Below are positions 59,236-64,000 of a stretch of DNA of 64,000 bases, piece by piece. Within the stretch, counting starts at the first letter, position 1. Every line of letters begins with the position of its first letter. The notes beneath the pieces are model-generated. The model ran no database searches and was not told the origin of the DNA. It saw nothing but the letters and a program-made list of their open reading frames with translations. The DNA lies in NCBI GenBank assembly GCA_976226885.1, contig OZ320317.1:51894001-51958000 (forward strand), read 5' to 3'. Source of the DNA: Iphione sp. A-MEVVRFRX5. Its lineage: Eukaryota. Made by a program: the position numbers and the translations under genes.

Positions 59236-62200
59236 GTGAGGGTTGATGAAGACTGAATGGCTGAATGATAGTAAAATAGAGCTTGGGATTAGTGACAACG
59301 GCGAGAAGCAGCAGTTGATAATTTTCATTGAACACAGTTGTGGTGCGAGTCAGGACCAAGAGTGGTTGCTCCAGTTGTCCGGTATTCATGGAAATGCAGA
59401 AAGTTCTTTGGGAAATACTTAACTTTGATGGAAGATACAGAAAACCTTTATTACCAAAAATTGTTTAAAAATGTCTTGTCGGTTTGAATTGTGTTAACCA
59501 AATCAAATGGGTAAGCCCAAACTATCCAGGTTGTGACAGTGTTACATTACATAAGTCCTATCCTGAAGGTATTATGGGGACATGTTCCAGTCATACGTGC
59601 TGTATCCTGAGCTGCATTTCAGCCTGTTGCAGGGATGGATCCACCTGTTTATCTGGCCGCTGCTGTACATTCTTCCTGTGTCTCGCTCTTGCTAACCACA
59701 GCTACTTTGGTTGACTTCATACCTCTGTAGATTAGACCAATCGTTGTGTTCTAGAACTTGCCTTTCTTCTCACCCACCCACCCACCGCCTTTTATATATG
59801 AAATGCCGATGCTTGGAGTGAATAGCCTTCATATCAACAGCAATGGAACATCGTGGTCGACTGATCTGGAGCCACACAGCTCCCATAAATACACAGTGTC
59901 TTACCTTGGGGGCAAATTGAACTTGCAGCTTTGTCATTTTGGTAATTTCATAGAAGCTATTATGATTATTTGAAAGTACTCCACGAAGAGGACAGCACTT
60001 TTGCTCGAAGACTTTGGTGCATTTTCAAAATAAACACATTTATATTTAATGCAACCCTAGTGAGCATCAGGTTCAGGCCTCTATTGAGACTGTTGCTGTG
60101 TGGGAAACGGATGGGATGAGACGAAGTCATACGCTGATTATACTCCTGTGTGCTTGTCTCACACATGACTACTGTCCCCGCAGTCTTCACGGGCTGCCCT
60201 GATCATCCACTGGCCGATAAAAGGCCGCAGTATCCTATCCATGTCCCTTACAAAAGTTGACTGGAAGTAAAGGGAAGATAAATGGCAGCGGTTAATTAAT
60301 AACACTTTGTCAAGTGACCGGGTGTATGGCCGGTGATATCGCGATTTCTTTCCGTTTCTTCTCCCCTTCCCCATCTACAACCCTTTCCCCCTTCCACGCT
60401 CTGGTTCATGAAGATATCTGTGAAAGAATGACTGAAATCACCACTTTGAAATGGATGGGAAAAAATGTTCCTGTGTGAGTGATTGCTTATTTGAAACCCA
60501 AACCACCGATCTCTCCCAGTGTGACGCCGTGTCCATTTGTACTGACAGTTGAGGCCTTTGTCGGAGGTCAGACTTCCAACTGGCCAATTTTGTTTTCTCC
60601 TACAGTTTAGTCTCATTAGACAAAGTCTACTTAGGAGGAAATGAATAGTTGTATCTCAGAAATCTCGGGGCTCTCCCCTGCGATCTGGTCTTTAACCGAG
60701 TGTCCACTTAACACTACATTTACCTTTTCCTCGGCCTCTGCCTCCTTCCCTCCCTCCCTGCATCCATCCTTCCCTTCACTGGATTTTAGCACAGATGATC
60801 TCTGTCTCCTAGATTCCACTAGTTTCAGATCTTAGCAAGCTTGTTTGGGATATCATTGCCTCTTAGCTTTCCACAAGCTGGGCTAATATGCTAGTTTGAC
60901 TAGGTTTTTGTATTCATACTTAATATCAGTCTTCTATAAATATCCTAACAGTTCCTTTGCTTGGCATGTTCAAAAAAACATTTGTTTCAACAGTCATCCC
61001 CAAACTTAATAGTCTGTGAATGTTTATGTTATTCCGTGCCCATTGCATGCCCAACACATGCTGTTAGGAACTTTTAAAGGATGTAAGGTTATAAAGTTTA
61101 CATCAGACTTTAATTTCACATTCACAATAGTCTCGTGACAGTGTGTCGTAAACATCACATATTTCACGTTTTAGAGTATTACCTTAGATCAAATAATCTG
61201 TCCACGTAACTACATTCAATCTTCTGAACTTTGAGGGTGGATTTACTCTAGGAATACTCCATCTTATGTAGACATTCAACTTTTTCTCTGGCATCTTGAT
61301 GATTTTATGTCCCAAGTGTAGTCAAGGCCAGTGTATTCAACTTTTTGTCCCTTGAGGGGGGGGGGGACCTCAGGAATGCTGCTGGTTGACTGTTTTGATT
61401 TTAATACATAATACTTATGTATATGGATCCTTGGCACTGCATAATTTTGGTAGTAATTCAAGTATTCTAAAGGTAAGATTATGCCAATTTACTCCTTTTG
61501 CTAACACACCCACAAACATACATACCTAGTTTGGGGATTTCTAATTGTGCCAATACAGTCTCACACAGATACACACACATGCACATACACACACACACAT
61601 ACACACACATGAGATTGCCAAGGGCCAAAGGAATCCCTTGGAGTGCAATCAAGCATGAAATGTTTACTTGTAGGGCAGCTGAAAAAGGAAAGGGATAAGC
61701 TTTTACTGTCAGCAGTGCCAGGGCCGTCCTCCCCCTCCCCAACCAACCACCACCAACACACACACCCACACCTCCTCCCAGCCAGACGATCGTAGTTCGT
61801 ATCAAGGGTGTCCTACAAGGACGGTGGGGCGGGGCACAGTAGACCCCGGAGGTGAACACTCTTGTCTTATCCATCATTTTGGATAAAAATTTTGTTTGTA
61901 GAATTCATTTTGTCACAGACAGTTGTTAAATATACACGTCTAATTCAAAAACTCTTTTAAAAGTGCAGTGTAATTTTGTCTCGTGACACTGTTCTTGTAT
62001 ATTTTTGTGGTAAAATTTCTCCTCATTGTGAGTACTCATGGGCTGCTTGCATCTTATGGCAGATAACCACATGTATAGTTTAGTACAGTTTCGTTACAGA
62101 ACTTCTATTCACCAAATTTGGAATTACACTTTCATCTTAGATGCTGTAAACCGTACACGTCGAAAAATGTTGATATTAAATGTGAATCGCTAGTTGCCAC

Positions 62201-62400
62201 ATATGTCTGCCTGTGGCTTGGCTTCATTGAAAGTTAGATTGTTCATATACGGGATTCATTATTCTCGTAATTGTACATAAAAAAGGATATAAGCCAGTGC
62301 ATTTTTGACATTGTATTCTAAAACAAAGAAGTCAAGTCACGAGGCGCTGAGTGTGTTTACCTGTTGTTCACCTGTCGCTTCCATTTGTCCCTGTGTTTAG

Positions 62401-62439
62401 AGCACCGCCACAGCGGCTGATGACACACACTCACAGGTA
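62401..62439 (+). CDS. GOLGA4: Candidate small GOLGA4 exon (STATAADDTHSQ or +V), 36 or 39 nt
   Basis: Pyrimidine tract plus tttag acceptor; tandem donors CAG|gtagta (62436) and GTA|gtaagc (62439); phase 0/0, no stop. No homology support. Confidence 0.5.
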
Positions 62440-63119
62440 GTAAGCTTTCCTTTTTCCTGTGTTGCCACCCTAGCACAAACACCATTGCCTCAGGCTACAC
62501 ATTGCTTGATGTCGTGAAACCCCCCAAAGCAAAATAGTTTCTGTCATGATAGTTTATAGGGATATGATAGGCCACAGTTGACACATCCAAAATCTCCCTT
62601 TGATCCAACCATTACTTTTTGAGAAAAGGGGATGCAGTTTTATCATGGAGGTCTTGTCTATGGAGTGAATACATGTGACGGTAGGAGTACAAGACCTCCA
62701 TATAGGTACTGGCAGTGGTGGCAATGCAAAATCGCATGATGTGGTAAGCATGGTGGTGGTGTTACATCCTTCTACTCTGTTAGTAGTCGTGCCCTCTTCT
62801 CAAATACACTATCACATAAGGCTAGTGGTATCGGATTTGTGTGTAGATGTGTTAAGTGTTCAAGGTTTTGGGTGTACATGTCTTATGTCCCTTGATTTCA
62901 CATTCCTTTTTAAGTCCCAGATATACACAAACACACACCTACACACTTTTGTCACCTCTTATTGGAGAACTTCCCACACATCTACTCAAATAACACAACT
63001 GATCCTTGCAGTACCTTTGGACACCTGACATACACACAAATCTAATTCAGGTACCCAAGAGAGCTTGGGTTCAATGCATCCTCCCTGTTACCCCACCACG
63101 GTCTGTGTCACCAATGTCT

Positions 63120-63590
63120 ACTTGAAGTAAGCCTCTCTTTCTTTTTCTCTCTCTCCTCTACTCTCTCCACCTCCCCATTTGTTTTTGTCTCTTCACTTTC
63201 ATGCCTTTCTTTTTCTTTCTCTTCCTCTTACCTCTTTTATCCTCTCCCCTCTCTTCCTCGTTCTTTCTCCTCCTCCTCTCCTTTTCAGTGTCCTCTCTCC
63301 TCTTTCCTTTCTCTCTCTCCTTTTCTCTTACCTGCTCACTCATCTCTCTCTCCCCTCCCATTCTCTCCATCTCCTCTCCTATACTTCTCCCTGTTTTCCT
63401 CCCATCACTTCTGTCTTCCTTTCTTTTCCTCCTCTGTTTTCCCTCTTTCCCTTCCTCTCCTTCTGCTTCCTCTCTGTCTTTGCCTCTCTCTTTTTCCCTC
63501 TTTTTCTGTTTCTCTCCTCAGTCTATCTCTCACTCTGCCTCTCTCTCCTTCCCTTCTCCCTTTCTCTGTCTCCCTTTCCCTCTCCATAGT
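63120..63590. repeat. Polypyrimidine/polypurine low-complexity tract (~470 bp)
   Basis: Almost purely C/T on the plus strand. Confidence 0.9.
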
Positions 63591-64000
63591 TGTTTTATAA
63601 AACTAACTCCAGCAGAGATAGGTAACTCTGCCCTAACAGCACTAGAACTTCTCCCCAACTTTTTCCGCCTGCAACAACCACCCACCACTCCTGATTCAGA
63701 AAAATAATCCCGACAAAGATAGGCAACTCTCTCTGTCTCTCTTTCTTTGTGCGTGTGGGAAAAGTGGTTAAAGGTTAAATACTTTCAAGACTTCCCTTTT
63801 GCAGTATTCTGCTTTTATAATAGTGAGCCCGGGCTGCTTATTATTTATGATATACATGTAAATGTTGACATCTCATGCATAGCGGTTGGTGTATTTTTGT
63901 TGCATAATAATTTATTTAAAGAAGCAGCTTGAGCATATGGGAAATTCAATGCCTGACTCATCTTCATGGAGGGGAGGTGTAAATACCTACTTTTTGACAT

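Noticed and set aside
59236-64000. GRIP-domain exons of GOLGA4
   Set aside because: No EYL..VLF.YM-like sequence with splice sites found; presumed to lie beyond the window.

Overview
This is a eukaryotic (animal, probably invertebrate bilaterian) genomic window of roughly 40% GC with one N gap (4493-4620). It holds two spliced genes arranged head-to-head. On the minus strand are the first two coding exons of an LRRFIP1/2-family gene (12946-13050 and 885-971), which continues off the left edge. On the plus strand is a golgin-245/GOLGA4 gene starting MFKKLKQKIEEG at 13625; I traced 19 phase-compatible exons (about 2378 codons) to 59235, and the C-terminal GRIP domain is not in the window. The two ATGs are only 574 bp apart, and the gap carries tandem ETS, NRF1-like and YY1-like motifs, i.e. 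a compact bidirectional promoter for a gene pair that, from memory, is also divergently adjacent in human. The introns are full of transposons: two tandem DIRS elements (one with the full lITR/ICR/rITR layout), a pogo/Tigger element inserted into a DIRS RT, a Penelope-like element, CR1/L2-type LINE fragments and several MITEs. Items worth a second look are a roughly 10-fold excess of TACATGTA that looks like Tc1-type excision footprints, a candidate 36/39-nt GOLGA4 exon, and a decayed FEN1/XPG-like coding remnant in the LRRFIP intron. Comparisons with human proteins are from memory, not from database searches.
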